The notes under the pieces were generated by a model, which searched no databases, was not told the origin of the DNA, and worked only from the letters and a program-made list of their open reading frames with translations. A stretch of DNA of 64,000 nt from Candidatus Latescibacterota bacterium (GTDB lineage Bacteria > Latescibacterota > UBA2968 > GCA-2709665): positions 4,128,001 through 4,192,000 of the forward strand of contig OZ242358.1 in NCBI GenBank assembly GCA_965208835.1, in the 5' to 3' direction. Numbering within the stretch: the stretch's first letter is position 1; every line of letters starts with the position of its first letter. Below, in pieces: positions 15,911-26,984 of the stretch. Made by a program: the position numbers and the translations under genes.

Positions 15911-18376
15911 ATGAGTACGTTCCGGGAACAGAACCGGCTCATCGGCGCCCTGGTTTTTCTGATCACGTGTTTCGTATATATCCGAACCGTTGCGCCAACG
16001 GTAACCTTCTGGGACACCGGCGAATTTATCGCGGCCTCGTACATCCTCGGTATTCCACATCCTCCCGGCGCGCCCTTTCATACCCTCCTGGGCCGAATTT
16101 TCACGCTTTTCGCGGATCCCGATAGCGTTGCATTCAGCGTCAACCTGATTTCTGTTCTATCGGGGGCCGCCACAGCGCTCCTGCTCTTCCTTTGCAGCGT
16201 TCGTCTGCTCTCGCGGTGGCTCAGACCCGACCGTATATCCGACCGCATTGCCATCCTGACCGGGGGCGCGGTTGCAGCGCTTTCCACGGCGTTCTCCACG
16301 TCCTTCTGGGCAAATGCCACCGAGGCCGAAGTCTATGCGCTGTCTATGCTGTTCACCGTCCTGGCGTTTTACATTGCCCTGCGCTGGGACGGCGCGCCCG
16401 AAGACAGGTATCGCGACCGCCTGCTCATCTTCATCGTCTTTCTCTTCTTCCTGGGCGCGGGCGTGCATCTGCAATGCCTGCTCACCGTGCCTGGAATCCT
16501 CATCCTGGTCTTCTCCGATCTGCTCAAGGGTCGGTCCACTTCCGTACAGGCATCCGTCGTAATCGGGCTTACGGTATTTCCCTTTTTGTGCATCCTCTTT
16601 CCAATTGAAGTCACCGGCGTCCTGGTACTGGCCGTACTCGCCTCTCTCCTGATGTTGCGCCCGGCGTGGCGTCATCCCGCGTTCTGGCTGTGCGCCATCG
16701 GTATGATCGCCCTCGGATATTCCACGTACGCCATGCTCTACATCCGTTCGGGCCTGAATCCGTTCATCGATATGAACAATCCGGAGACCTACGAGAATTT
16801 CAAGGCCTTCCTCACCCGCCAGCAATACGGCGTCCACTCCATTTTTCCACGCCGCGGTGACTTCTGGGACTTTCAGTTCAACATCCACGTCAAATATTTC
16901 CTCCAGCAATTCCCGTTTTACGATCAGGGGCTCGTCGGCCGCTTCTTTTCGGAAACACTGCCCGGGTTCACAGGACGTTTTTCCGTCGGCGAAATGCTGG
17001 CGGGCACGTTCCGCAGGGCCGTGGCCTCGATGGACGGAAACCGGGAAAACATCGCGTATTCGGTCGTGCCCATTCTCCTGGGTATCGCCGGCGCGGTCAG
17101 TCACTTCCGCAGAGACTGGAAGCGATTTGCCAGCGTATTCGCCATGTTTCTGCTCATGGGGCTCGGGCTCGTCTTGTATCTGAATATGCCCGACCCCGAA
17201 CCCCGCGAACGGGAGTATATTTTCGTTGGCGCGTACGCATTCTTCGGCCTCTGGATCGGCGGCGGCGCCGCTGCCCTCATCGTCGCCGTTACGCGAGGTC
17301 ACGCCGCGGTTCCCGCAGCCGCGCTGGCCGCGGTCGTGTGCCTGATCGTGCCGATCGGCCTGCTGCAGAACAGCTACTTCGAACGCGACCGCAGCGGGGA
17401 CCTGGTCGCTCGCGACTATGCCCGGAACATCCTCAGTTCCTGCGAGCCCGACGCCATCCTCTTCACCAATGGAGACAACGACACCTACCCGTTGTGGTTT
17501 CTCCAGTATGTCGAGGGGTTTCGCCCGGATGTCCGGGTGGTCAACCTCAGCCTGCTGAAAACCCCCTGGTACGTCAAACAGCTGCGCGACCTGGATCCCA
17601 TGCTTCCCATTCCGATGACGGATGCAACCATTGATCAGCAGGTCATTGCCCGCCCCTGGCGGACACAATTCGACATCCCGCTCGCTGACAGCACGATTAT
17701 CGTCAAAGCCGAAGACATCCCCCTCACCGAATTCCCGGTGGGCAACCAGCGCATGGATGTCCTGGAATCCCACACCTTCATGATCTGGTACCTGGTTGAC
17801 CGGAACAACTGGCAGCGTCCGCTATATTTCGCGGTTACGGTTCCCGAGCGAAACATGGGCGGCCTGCGGTCCCATCTGTCCATGGAAGGCATGGTCTACC
17901 AGCTCGTCAGACAACGCGCCCCCGGGCAATTCGACGCGGGATTGACCTCCCGGCACCTGCTTGAGAATTACCGTTACACCGGAATTGCGGACGCCAACGT
18001 CTACAAGGACCCGGTCGCCCGGCGCCTCATCAGCAATTACCTGGTTATCTTCGAAGGCCTCGTACGTACGCTGCATCTCCAGAACCGTCCGTCAGAGGCC
18101 CTGCAAGTCATCAGGGTTGCGGAGAGCACCATCCCACCCGAATCAGTAGGCCGGGAGGTGTGGTACTCGCTGATGCACGAGAGTTACCGGAATCTTGCCG
18201 TGAGCTTTCTCCGTGCCGGGAAAAGAGACAGTGCGAGCCTCTGCCTGGAGGAACTGATTCGAATCAGTCCTCACGAGGAGAAAAAAGAGCAACTTCGTGA
18301 GAATCTTCGGTTCCTTGTTCCAACCCTTAAGAACGGTTCCGAACGTGAAGCGGGGGACGAAGCGAAGGACGAATAG
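15911..18376 (+). CDS. DUF2723 / TMEM260-like membrane glycosyltransferase with C-terminal TPR-like helices
   Basis: APTVTFWDTGEFI, HPPG.P, EAEVYA, RERE, FTNGDNDTYPLW. Confidence 0.88.
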   Translation: MSTFREQNRLIGALVFLITCFVYIRTVAPTVTFWDTGEFIAASYILGIPHPPGAPFHTLLGRIFTLFADPDSVAFSVNLISVLSGAATALLLFLCSVRLLSRWLRPDRISDRIAILTGGAVAALSTAFSTSFWANATEAEVYALSMLFTVLAFYIALRWDGAPEDRYRDRLLIFIVFLFFLGAGVHLQCLLTVPGILILVFSDLLKGRSTSVQASVVIGLTVFPFLCILFPIEVTGVLVLAVLASLLMLRPAWRHPAFWLCAIGMIALGYSTYAMLYIRSGLNPFIDMNNPETYENFKAFLTRQQYGVHSIFPRRGDFWDFQFNIHVKYFLQQFPFYDQGLVGRFFSETLPGFTGRFSVGEMLAGTFRRAVASMDGNRENIAYSVVPILLGIAGAVSHFRRDWKRFASVFAMFLLMGLGLVLYLNMPDPEPREREYIFVGAYAFFGLWIGGGAAALIVAVTRGHAAVPAAALAAVVCLIVPIGLLQNSYFERDRSGDLVARDYARNILSSCEPDAILFTNGDNDTYPLWFLQYVEGFRPDVRVVNLSLLKTPWYVKQLRDLDPMLPIPMTDATIDQQVIARPWRTQFDIPLADSTIIVKAEDIPLTEFPVGNQRMDVLESHTFMIWYLVDRNNWQRPLYFAVTVPERNMGGLRSHLSMEGMVYQLVRQRAPGQFDAGLTSRHLLENYRYTGIADANVYKDPVARRLISNYLVIFEGLVRTLHLQNRPSEALQVIRVAESTIPPESVGREVWYSLMHESYRNLAVSFLRAGKRDSASLCLEELIRISPHEEKKEQLRENLRFLVPTLKNGSEREAGDEAKDE

Positions 18377-18394
18377 CCGAGAACAATCACACCG

Positions 18395-18441
18395 CACAGA
18401 AGACGGGCCGCCTGTTTGCTACAGGCGGCCCGTCTTCTGTG
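18395..18441. terminator. 21-bp hairpin between convergent genes
   Basis: CACAGAAGACGGGCCGCCTGT-ttgct-ACAGGCGGCCCGTCTTCTGTG. Confidence 0.7.
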
Positions 18442-18480
18442 ACGATTCCCGATTCGGCGATCAATTTCCGGGACAGAACG

Positions 18481-19161
18481 CTACACCCGCTTGAATCGAC
18501 GGGCGCTGCGACGCATAAACAGGTAACCCGCGATAAAACCGCCGATGTGCGCATACCACGCCACGCCGCCGCCCACCCCGCCCGAATCGGCCGATGCATT
18601 CACCAGTTGGATGACAAACCAGACGCCAAGCACAAGCAGCGCCGGCACGCGGACGATCTGGATAAAGAACAGCAGAAAAACGAAGACATGCACCCGGGCG
18701 CCCGGAAAGCGCGCGAGGTATGCCCCGAGAATACCCGCAATCGCCCCGCTGGCCCCCACCATGGGGATTGTGGAGTCGGGATCCGAGAGAACATGGCCCA
18801 GTGCGGCCGCCACGCCGCAAAAGACGTAAAACAGCAGAAACCGTAACCTGCCCAGCGTATCTTCCACGTTGTTCCCGAAAATCCACAGATAGAGCATGTT
18901 GCCGCCCAGGTGCATCCAACCGCCGTGCATGAACATGGCCGTCAGGAACGTAAGATAAAGCGGAATCGGCGTTGGCGAGATGGCATCCACGCCATGGGTG
19001 ACTTCAAACGGAATCAGACCCATCCGCAGCGTGAATACGTCGAAACCGATCGATCCGAGGGAAAGGGAATATATGAAAACCCCCACATTCAGCAGCAGGA
19101 TGCTCACCGTGAATACGGGGGTGCGGCTTGTGGGATTGTCATCTTTAATGGGCAGTATCAT
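18481..19161 (-). CDS. Rhomboid family intramembrane serine protease
   Basis: MFMHGGWMHLGGNM, catalytic GASG, AHIGG. Confidence 0.92.
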   Translation of the reverse strand: MILPIKDDNPTSRTPVFTVSILLLNVGVFIYSLSLGSIGFDVFTLRMGLIPFEVTHGVDAISPTPIPLYLTFLTAMFMHGGWMHLGGNMLYLWIFGNNVEDTLGRLRFLLFYVFCGVAAALGHVLSDPDSTIPMVGASGAIAGILGAYLARFPGARVHVFVFLLFFIQIVRVPALLVLGVWFVIQLVNASADSGGVGGGVAWYAHIGGFIAGYLFMRRSARRFKRV

Positions 19162-19165
19162 CTGC

Positions 19166-21445
19166 CTATCGTACCGTGAACGAACGCACCGCCCTGCCCC
19201 GGTTGCCGCAGGCATCGGATACGACGACCTCCAGCTTGTGGATTCCGGCCGGTAGCGGCTGCCTTGGCCGGGCCTTCACCTGGCCCGCTTCGGGATCGTA
19301 CTCCGCGATCAACCGTTTTCCATCCAGATGCATGAGAATATCTTCCTCCCGCCGGATGCCCGATTCTCTGTCGCCGATCGTGGCGATAAGTACCGGCCGT
19401 CTATCGGAAACCTTCGCGCGTGGTTCCGGTCGCCGGATTCTCACGCGCGGAGGGGTCTCGTCCAGCAAGAGCGCATAGGTGGAAAAACTCGAGACCTGAG
19501 CAGCCACGGCATGGCGGCCCCTGACCGGACGGTTGCCGACAAAGACCCAGGCTCCGCCCCTGGTCAACCGATAGATTCCCAATCGCTCCGGCCGGCTGAA
19601 GTCCGCAGGGTATCGGAGGACAACCTCCACCTTGCGCCGGAATGGCACATCCTCCGGCCCGAACCGGTAACGCGTTCCAACCATCGTCAGACGTTTCGCC
19701 CCTTTCCCGGGAGCGACGGCGATCCGACCAAAGAAAGGCCGGTAAACGTCATCGGCGTCGAAGCGGGCCTCCGCCTTGCCGTCGGGAGACCGCAAGACCC
19801 CGCCGCTCCGGCGCACCGGCGTCTGGGCGAGGTGTACCACGCTGCGCCCCGTACTGCCATTCCGATCGACCGCGGAAATGACTGCCGCAACGTCGCCCTG
19901 CACGTCCGGATTGAATCGCAGAACGGTTTCATAGCCGTATAGACTCCGCTGAATCACCTCAGGTGCCGTCTCGCTGTTCGCAAGCCAATTCACGGTTACC
20001 GCGGGAGGGGCCGACAGCAGCCGTTTCGACACGATCTTCAATACGGCGAAGTCGGGATAGTTGCGAACGTCGCATTCCAGGAGGCCTGGCTTCGCGTCGC
20101 TGTGCGGCGGCGGTGCAGGCGCGCAGACTTGAAAACCCTCAGACTCGAAACGGTCCCGGGCGCGAACCCTGTAGACCGCTTCCGGGACGTGCAAGAATGC
20201 CGCACGGACACGGCCGTACGCATCCAACCCGACCGGGCTTACGGGACGCCAGGAACGTCCGCCGTTCGAAGACCGCTCCACAACGATATGCTTTGGATTT
20301 TCGTCCCGCACCCGTGCCCGCACCATCACGGAATCGCCTTTCAATTCGGCTCTGGCGTCAACGACGCGAGGAACCGAATTCACAATCACCTCGAGATCCG
20401 CACGGGAACGGTTCCCGGCCACGTCTTCAACCACCACCCGGATACGATTTCTGCCGGGATTCAGCGCCGCACCGCGACCCGGGGACGGTATTCCCGCATG
20501 CAGAATACCGTCTCCAACCTTGTACTCACCGTACATTGGAAGCTGATTCCCTGCAGACCGGTACAAGTTGTGATAGAGACCTGCGCCACGCCGCTTCAAA
20601 ACGAAATTCCGGTCCAGCTCGACCTGGTTGACCTGACTGTACGCGAAGACCGTGTACGTGGTCTCGAAGACCTCACGGTCGTTTACGTATAACCGCAAGC
20701 GGTACGGCGCGAAGCGGTTGCTCAGCACGGATGCATCGGCCCCGTCGTACGTCTTGACGCTCACGCCGATGCGCCCGGCTATCATGGGTACGCTGCGCGC
20801 GACGTAGCGCTTCTGCTTGGGGCGCCAATTCACGCCAATCGTCGCCGGATCCGTCTTGTCGGAAACACGGGACTCGGCGTCCATTGGAATCAGAGCCAGG
20901 GACTGAACAGTTGGCGCTACGGTGTCTTTCACCTCGAAGCCGTGAAGCAACCCGTTGAGGGGCCGTTGATTCCTGTCACGAATTTCGAAATGCAGATGCG
21001 GCACCCCACTGCCGGTACTGCCGGAATAGCCGAGAGTTTCACCGCGTTTCACCTTGATCTGGTTCGGCTTGAAGAAGAGATTCACGCTGTAAAAACCCCG
21101 TCGCTCCTGTTCCGCCTCGACAACGGCCTTTACCTCTGCCGCAAAGCCCGAGAGGTGCGCGTAAACCGCGGTCCGGCCGTCTTTCAACCTGATGTAGACC
21201 ACTTTTCCATAACCCCAGGGCGAGGTCCTGACCCGCCAGACGTACCCGTTCTCCACGGCCAGCACGGGGTACCCTTCATTTCCCCACGTCTTGAAGTCGA
21301 GCCCGGCGTGGAAACGCCGCGGCCGGTATTCGCCGAAGGAAGAGGTGAGCGCGGGCGGGGCCGCCATCGGCCAATGGTAATCGCGGGATTCAGCGATGCC
21401 TGAATCCGCAAGGCAGAGAACCCAAATCAGCAGGATCGCACGCAT
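19166..21445 (-). CDS. M23 family metallopeptidase, large FCB type
   Basis: HAGLD (HxxxD) and PHLHFE (HxH); signal peptide from MRAILL; start uncertain. Confidence 0.85.
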   Translation of the reverse strand: MRAILLIWVLCLADSGIAESRDYHWPMAAPPALTSSFGEYRPRRFHAGLDFKTWGNEGYPVLAVENGYVWRVRTSPWGYGKVVYIRLKDGRTAVYAHLSGFAAEVKAVVEAEQERRGFYSVNLFFKPNQIKVKRGETLGYSGSTGSGVPHLHFEIRDRNQRPLNGLLHGFEVKDTVAPTVQSLALIPMDAESRVSDKTDPATIGVNWRPKQKRYVARSVPMIAGRIGVSVKTYDGADASVLSNRFAPYRLRLYVNDREVFETTYTVFAYSQVNQVELDRNFVLKRRGAGLYHNLYRSAGNQLPMYGEYKVGDGILHAGIPSPGRGAALNPGRNRIRVVVEDVAGNRSRADLEVIVNSVPRVVDARAELKGDSVMVRARVRDENPKHIVVERSSNGGRSWRPVSPVGLDAYGRVRAAFLHVPEAVYRVRARDRFESEGFQVCAPAPPPHSDAKPGLLECDVRNYPDFAVLKIVSKRLLSAPPAVTVNWLANSETAPEVIQRSLYGYETVLRFNPDVQGDVAAVISAVDRNGSTGRSVVHLAQTPVRRSGGVLRSPDGKAEARFDADDVYRPFFGRIAVAPGKGAKRLTMVGTRYRFGPEDVPFRRKVEVVLRYPADFSRPERLGIYRLTRGGAWVFVGNRPVRGRHAVAAQVSSFSTYALLLDETPPRVRIRRPEPRAKVSDRRPVLIATIGDRESGIRREEDILMHLDGKRLIAEYDPEAGQVKARPRQPLPAGIHKLEVVVSDACGNRGRAVRSFTVR

Positions 21446-21508
21446 CGTTGTCAGACTTCCCCTTACCATAAGGTGGGCGGAAATTCCTTCCCGGATCATG
21501 CGCGACAC

Positions 21509-21537
21509 ATTATAGGTATTTTGACGTCCGGGGTCAA
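21509..21537 (-). promoter_or_regulatory. Sigma70 promoter for the M23-rhomboid operon
   Basis: Minus strand TTGACC-N17-TATAAT. Confidence 0.6.
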
Positions 21538-21663
21538 GCGGGCACCGGCTCTTTTCCGACGGACAAAAAAAACTTGCCTGCAAATCCGCCTTCCTATAAT
21601 TTATCGTGTTGTCAAGTAGTTATTCGAATCGTTCAAGGCCGGATATTTCACATCCGGTCTTAG

Positions 21664-21809
21664 CAGTCCGTTGAAAAAGCCCATCCGGTCTACGGCCGGC
21701 CCTTGCGGTCGAAATACGGCGTTGCGCTCCCACGCCGAATCGATGGATGGGACTGGGTCGCGCGCCTTGTCTTCGACCTCGCCTGCAGAGCGGCTTTATC
21801 AACGGACTG
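21664..21809. mobile_element. MITE family C, longest copy
   Basis: TIR CAGTCCGTTGAAAAAG / CTTTATCAACGGACTG. Confidence 0.8.
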
Positions 21810-21876
21810 ATAGACCTCGGGCGGTCGCCGCACTTGACCGCTGCCTTCTTTCCGCTCACCGGAGGGTGTTAATCGC

Positions 21877-23697
21877 ATGCTCAAAAACCTGCGCAATGTG
21901 GTCCTGATCAAAGCCATGATGTGGATCGTGGCTATTTCCTTCGTGGCGCTGATGGTCTTCGACTGGGGCGCCGGCGGAATGACCTGCGCCGGGCCCGGCG
22001 ATACCGTCGGTGTCATCAACGGCCAGAAGATCAGCCACCAGCAGTTCGTCGAAGCCCTCCGTGACGCGTCCCGCCAGTCCAAGGCCGGGAACAACCCCGA
22101 ACCGGAGGAGAGCCAGCTCATCCGCCAGATCTGGGACCAGATGGTGGCACAGATCCTTTACGCCCAGCAGATAGAAGAGCACGATATCGCGGTCTCCGAT
22201 GCCGAGGTCAACTTCATCAACAGGAATCAACCCGTTGAATGGGTACAGAACCAGGAAGCCTTTCAAACCGACGGCAGATTCGATCCCGAGAAATACGGCA
22301 GGTTTCTGGACGACCCCGGTACCTACTCAAGCCCTGAAAGAAAGCAGTTTGTAATCAGCGCCGAATACGCCGTCAGACAGGCTGTGCTTATCAGAAAGCT
22401 GCAGGAAATGGTTGCCGGCGGGGTGAGGGTGACGTCCTCGGAGGTCAGGGAAGCTTACGAGCGGCAGAAAGAGAAAGTCCGTGTCGCCTACGCGGGCCTC
22501 GAGGCCTATTCCATCGCCGATTCGCTGGTTTCCGTTTCGGACGATCAGATTCGTGCCTATTATAACGACCATCTTGACGAGTTTCAGCGGGAAGCGGCCG
22601 TCAATGCCTCCTATGTCGCCTTTGAGAAGAAACCTTCCGCGAAAGACGAAGCCGATGCAGAAGCCGAAATCCACGACCTGCTTGCTGAAATCCGCGCCGG
22701 TGGAGACTTCGCGGCGCTGGCCGAAAACAACTCGGATGATCCCGGCAGCGCCGAAAGAGGCGGAGATCTCGGGTTCTTCGGGCGCGGAAGGATGGTAAAG
22801 GCCTTTGAGGACGCAGCCTTTGCCCTCAACCCGGGCGATGTCTCAAAACCCGTACGGACCCAGTTCGGATGGCACGTTCTCAAGGTCGAGGAACGCAAAG
22901 GCGAGGGTGACGAGCTCCAGGTCCGGGCCAGGCACATCCTGCTGAAAATCCGTCCGGGCAGGGACACGCTGGACAGCCTCCGTCTCGAGGCGGAGCGCTT
23001 CCAGGAGCGGGCGGAAGAATCGGACTTCCTGACGGCGGTGGCCGATCAGAACCTGCAGGCAAAGGACACGGGTTTCATCACCGCCGGCGGCTTTTTCCCG
23101 CTGTTGGGAAACAGGACGTCCGGGCTGGTCAATTCCTTCCTCACCGCTTCGCCGGGGAGGATCTCTCCAGTTTACGAGACCGAACAGGGCATCTATGTCT
23201 TCGCCCTCGTGGCGAGACGTGAAGCCGGCCCGCAACCACTGGACGAAGTCAACAGTCGCATTTCAACCAAACTCAAGACTGCCGAGAAAGTCAAGATTGC
23301 ATCTGCACGCATTGAACCGCTGCTAAAGGACATTCGCTCCGGACAAAGCCTTGCCGATGCGGCGCGCAATCGCAACGCCCGTTTCGCCGAGTCCAAACAC
23401 TTCGGCCGAGACGACTTCGTTCAGGGCGTCGGCCGCAGGAACGCGTTTACCGGCACGGCATTCCGGCTTGAAGAAGGAACCACCAGCGACGTGGTCACCA
23501 CGGACCGGGGCGCGTACGTGCTGCAGGTGCTTGAGAGAAAACCGATCGACGAGACTGAATTCGAGGCGGCAGGCCCTGAACTGGTCCAGCGCCTTCGGTC
23601 TGAGAAACAGAACGAAGTCCTGGCCGCCTGGTTCAGCGACCTCAAAGAGCAGGCGGAAATCATCGACAATCGGCATCTCTTCTATTCGAATTTTTAG
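21877..23697 (+). CDS. ppiD: PpiD/SurA-like periplasmic chaperone and peptidyl-prolyl isomerase
   Basis: N-terminal TM, SurA-N region, parvulin motif SDDPGSAERGGDLG...FEDAAF...TQFGWH. Confidence 0.85.
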   Translation: MLKNLRNVVLIKAMMWIVAISFVALMVFDWGAGGMTCAGPGDTVGVINGQKISHQQFVEALRDASRQSKAGNNPEPEESQLIRQIWDQMVAQILYAQQIEEHDIAVSDAEVNFINRNQPVEWVQNQEAFQTDGRFDPEKYGRFLDDPGTYSSPERKQFVISAEYAVRQAVLIRKLQEMVAGGVRVTSSEVREAYERQKEKVRVAYAGLEAYSIADSLVSVSDDQIRAYYNDHLDEFQREAAVNASYVAFEKKPSAKDEADAEAEIHDLLAEIRAGGDFAALAENNSDDPGSAERGGDLGFFGRGRMVKAFEDAAFALNPGDVSKPVRTQFGWHVLKVEERKGEGDELQVRARHILLKIRPGRDTLDSLRLEAERFQERAEESDFLTAVADQNLQAKDTGFITAGGFFPLLGNRTSGLVNSFLTASPGRISPVYETEQGIYVFALVARREAGPQPLDEVNSRISTKLKTAEKVKIASARIEPLLKDIRSGQSLADAARNRNARFAESKHFGRDDFVQGVGRRNAFTGTAFRLEEGTTSDVVTTDRGAYVLQVLERKPIDETEFEAAGPELVQRLRSEKQNEVLAAWFSDLKEQAEIIDNRHLFYSNF

Positions 23698-23729
23698 ATG
23701 CTGTTTTAGAATTCCCGGTGAGTTCCCGA
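23697..23729 (-). mobile_element. Solo right end of MITE family A (inverted)
   Basis: Reverse complement TCGGGAACTCACCGGGAATTCTAAAACAGCATC matches the family A right end. Confidence 0.65.
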
Positions 23730-23750
23730 TCCGTAACCCGACCGCACAGG

Positions 23751-24458
23751 ATGACTCGCGTGGCCGTCATTACCGTCTCACGCCAGCTCGGCAGCGTTGG
23801 CGATCTGGTAGCACGCCGGGCGTCGGAAGTACTCAGCTACGACTTCGTTGACAAGAACCTCATCACGGAAGTGGCGAGAGAAGCCAATGTGCCCGAATCC
23901 GAAGTCGAAAAATTCGACGAACAGGCGCATAGTGCGGTAAAACGATTCATCCACAGTCTGATCGTGCCGTCCCGGTCCGTACCGACGCCCCCGGCGATGC
24001 TCTGGGGGCTGGAATTTCCATATGAAGTATCGGCGACGCTTCTGGCCGGCGACGCGACAGCCAACGAGGAAATGCACCTTCTGGACCAGCGGGACTACCT
24101 CAGATTTCTTCAGGCCACGGTCCATCGCCTTCGGAAACGGGACAGTGTAATCATCGTCGGCCGGGGAGGCCAGGCGATCCTTCGGGACGACCCCGATACG
24201 CTCCACGTCCGAACCGTGGCTCCTCTGGAAGACCGCATCCAGGTCGTCGTGGAACGACAAAACCTGCGAACACAAAGAGAGGCCAGGGAACTGATTCAAA
24301 AAAGCGACAGACGCCGGGCCGCCTACCTCAGAGACAACTACCAGATCGACTGGGACGATCCAGCCCTGTATCACGTTGTCGTGAATACGGGCCGGACCTG
24401 CCTCGAATCCGCCGCACGCATCATCCAGCACTCCGTCTACGCCCTCGGTCGTGCCTGA
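23751..24458 (+). CDS. Cytidylate kinase-like family protein
   Basis: ITVSRQLGS, VIIVGRGG, SDRRRAAY, YHVVVNT. Confidence 0.85.
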   Translation: MTRVAVITVSRQLGSVGDLVARRASEVLSYDFVDKNLITEVAREANVPESEVEKFDEQAHSAVKRFIHSLIVPSRSVPTPPAMLWGLEFPYEVSATLLAGDATANEEMHLLDQRDYLRFLQATVHRLRKRDSVIIVGRGGQAILRDDPDTLHVRTVAPLEDRIQVVVERQNLRTQREARELIQKSDRRRAAYLRDNYQIDWDDPALYHVVVNTGRTCLESAARIIQHSVYALGRA

Positions 24459-24682
24459 ATGCAAGCGTAGACGCCCCCGTTCCCCGCTCCGCATAGCAAT
24501 GAACAGGCCGGACGGCACCGCAACTCAACGACACTTCCCGCAACCTGGCGGGAGCCCGGTATCCTACCGTCAGTCCACAGAATTGCCCGCGCATTGTCCT
24601 TGACTTGCCCGGGCCGACCGTACATTCCTACCGCCAGCGTTTTCCAACTCCACTATCAGGATAACCGTTGACGTCGTGTCTA

Positions 24683-24845
24683 GTGTTCTGTCCCGGAAAT
24701 AAGTTGCCTGAATTCGGCCGCCGAGTCGCCCGTCTCGCAAGGCGCCGGAGCGCAGGCGACCTGCGTAAGGTCGGCGAGCGAGGGGAACGTAGCGAGACGG
24801 GATGAATCGCCGGTCGAATGGTGAGGAATTTTCGGGACAGGACAC
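24683..24845. mobile_element. MITE family B, copy 2
   Basis: CTA-GTGTTCTGTCCC...GGGACAGGACAC-CAG. Confidence 0.85.
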
Positions 24846-24875
24846 CAGGACGTCGATGGCGCGAGGTTTCGAACC

Positions 24876-26984
24876 ATGCCCCCGGACATCAGCCGCTCAA
24901 GAATGCGTTCCATCTCCAACAAGGACCTCTTCGCCGCGCTCGACCTGAAGGGGGCGGACATGAAGCCCATCCGAAAAGCGGTGAAGGCTGGAAAGTGGAA
25001 GAAGGCGGCCGAGGCCTGGGGCGACTACTTTTCCGCGCGTAAAGAACCCCTGAATATGGTCGCGCCAACCGGCGACAAGCCGGATCCGGACCGCATCAGG
25101 GAGGCCGAACGAGTCGTCGCGCACGAGATACAGGGGTGGCACGACCTGACATACAAGTTCGGAAAGAAAGTCGACTTCAATGCAAATTGGGGACGCTCGG
25201 GCGTTTACGGTACCCACTACTGGGGATGGTCCGATTGCCTTCGGGTCGCGTTCGGACAGACCGGCGACCCCCGCTACGTGGAGTGTTTCGACGATCTGTT
25301 CAACCAGTGGTACGAGCAGCGCAACAACATAGACAACCCCGCCAGATACGACGTCATTTTCTACGAACTCGGGCTGGGAGGGCGAACACCGCGGTTCATC
25401 GATCACTATTTCGCGTACCGGTCCACCGGCATCCTGAGACCCGTCACCCATCGACGCATGTTGAAATCGATTCTGGGCGCGGGGCGCTGGCTCTATCTCC
25501 TTGAAAAGGACGATGGCTATCGCAGCGGCAACTGGCAGATGTGCGGCTCGTGGGCGCTCGTCTACGCGGGCGGCCTCTTCCCGGAATTCAGGGAGGCGCG
25601 ACACTGGGTTGGTATCGGCGTAAAACGACTTCTCGAACACGTCGACAGGGACTTTTACGCGGACGGCTGCCACCACGAACGCGCCTCCGGCTATGGCGCG
25701 TGGTGCACCCGCATCAGCGAGGATCTCCTTACTTTCTCGGACAGGATCCCGTATATCAAGATGGAAACCGACCTGCGCGCACGCATCGTACAGATGTACG
25801 ACTGGTTCCTGTCCACCACGTCTCCGCTGGGTGAGTCCCAGGGATTCAACGACGGAGGTATCGGACCCCAGGACGCCATATTGCGGCGTGCTACCGAAAT
25901 TTCCGGAGACGGCCGATATCTCTGGCCCGTGCGCGCCAGGATCGAATCCGTTTCCCGAATCCGGCCGAAGAAACCCGACTATACGTCTATAGACACACGG
26001 CCGTCGGGATTTGCCGTCATGCGTTCGGACTGGAACAAGGATGCCCGATATCTGATCGTCAACTATGGACCATGGGGCGGAGGCCATACCCATAACGACC
26101 TGCTCGATTTCGAACTCTACGCCCATGGAGAACCGCTGGCCGTAGAGGCCACCCGCTGGGGGCCCTACGACAATCCGCTCGATCAGTATTTTCGTTCTCC
26201 GCAGGCCCACAACCAGCTTGTGGTCAACGATGCGCCAATGGACCGAGAGCATCACCGCGGCGAGGACGTCGCCTGGGCGACCGGAGAGAGGATGGACTAT
26301 TTTTCCGCAACCCACCGGGCTTACGTAGCGCAATACGGCACCCTCGTCGAGCGGCGCATCACGTTTCTGAAACCCGGCTACTTCCTTGTGTCCGACGCCG
26401 TTTTCGAAGGTCCCCAGCACCATGCCTACACATGGTACCTCCACGCGCCCTCCCGTTGGAAAGGCTGCGGAAGCCGTATGCTCACCACAGGACAGCCGGG
26501 GCTGCAGGTCGTCCCCGCAGAGCCCTCGGAGATTCATTATGTCCGTCGCGGGACGTCTTATGAGGCACGGGATGGCACGCCCGGCAGGTACCCCAGCCGC
26601 TACTGGATCGGCTTGCAGAAATGGGTCCGGGGCGAAGGCGCGAATGCCGTCGTGTACGATGTCGCGCTCGTCCCGTTCAAGTCGGAACCGGAGGACGTCA
26701 ACGTGTCCAGACGCGCGGCCAGCATCGACGGGAACACCTGCCGCCCGGAAGTCGCGCGTGGCGTCCGGATCCGAGGCGGCGACCGGGACGATCTGGTGGT
26801 CTACGGCAGGGAAGGCGAAGCCGTTGCATGCGACGGGCTGTCCTTCAGCGGAAGGGTCTGTGTTCTCTCATTACGGGACGAGCGACCGGTCCGCGTCGCG
26901 GTACTGGACGGCGGCGAGGTATCCTACAACGGTCTGCCGCTGATTCGCACGAACCGCGCCGGTCTCACCGAAGGCGAATTGTAG
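24876..26984 (+). CDS. Heparinase II/III-like polysaccharide lyase
   Basis: GNW, DGCHHERASGY, GFAVMRSDW, GHTHNDLL.FEL, AHNQLVVN. Confidence 0.85.
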   Translation: MPPDISRSRMRSISNKDLFAALDLKGADMKPIRKAVKAGKWKKAAEAWGDYFSARKEPLNMVAPTGDKPDPDRIREAERVVAHEIQGWHDLTYKFGKKVDFNANWGRSGVYGTHYWGWSDCLRVAFGQTGDPRYVECFDDLFNQWYEQRNNIDNPARYDVIFYELGLGGRTPRFIDHYFAYRSTGILRPVTHRRMLKSILGAGRWLYLLEKDDGYRSGNWQMCGSWALVYAGGLFPEFREARHWVGIGVKRLLEHVDRDFYADGCHHERASGYGAWCTRISEDLLTFSDRIPYIKMETDLRARIVQMYDWFLSTTSPLGESQGFNDGGIGPQDAILRRATEISGDGRYLWPVRARIESVSRIRPKKPDYTSIDTRPSGFAVMRSDWNKDARYLIVNYGPWGGGHTHNDLLDFELYAHGEPLAVEATRWGPYDNPLDQYFRSPQAHNQLVVNDAPMDREHHRGEDVAWATGERMDYFSATHRAYVAQYGTLVERRITFLKPGYFLVSDAVFEGPQHHAYTWYLHAPSRWKGCGSRMLTTGQPGLQVVPAEPSEIHYVRRGTSYEARDGTPGRYPSRYWIGLQKWVRGEGANAVVYDVALVPFKSEPEDVNVSRRAASIDGNTCRPEVARGVRIRGGDRDDLVVYGREGEAVACDGLSFSGRVCVLSLRDERPVRVAVLDGGEVSYNGLPLIRTNRAGLTEGEL

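Noticed and set aside
16157-17773. Long antisense ORFs (also 31332-32981, 35122-37044, 42019-44094, 48972-50657, 51404-52810, 14542-15501)
   Set aside because: Shadows of well-supported genes on the opposite strand in high-GC DNA; no recognisable motifs.
24600-24626. TTGACT...TACATT promoter (also TTGCCT...TATAAT at 21574-21600)
   Set aside because: Spacer is only 15 bp; too weak to call.
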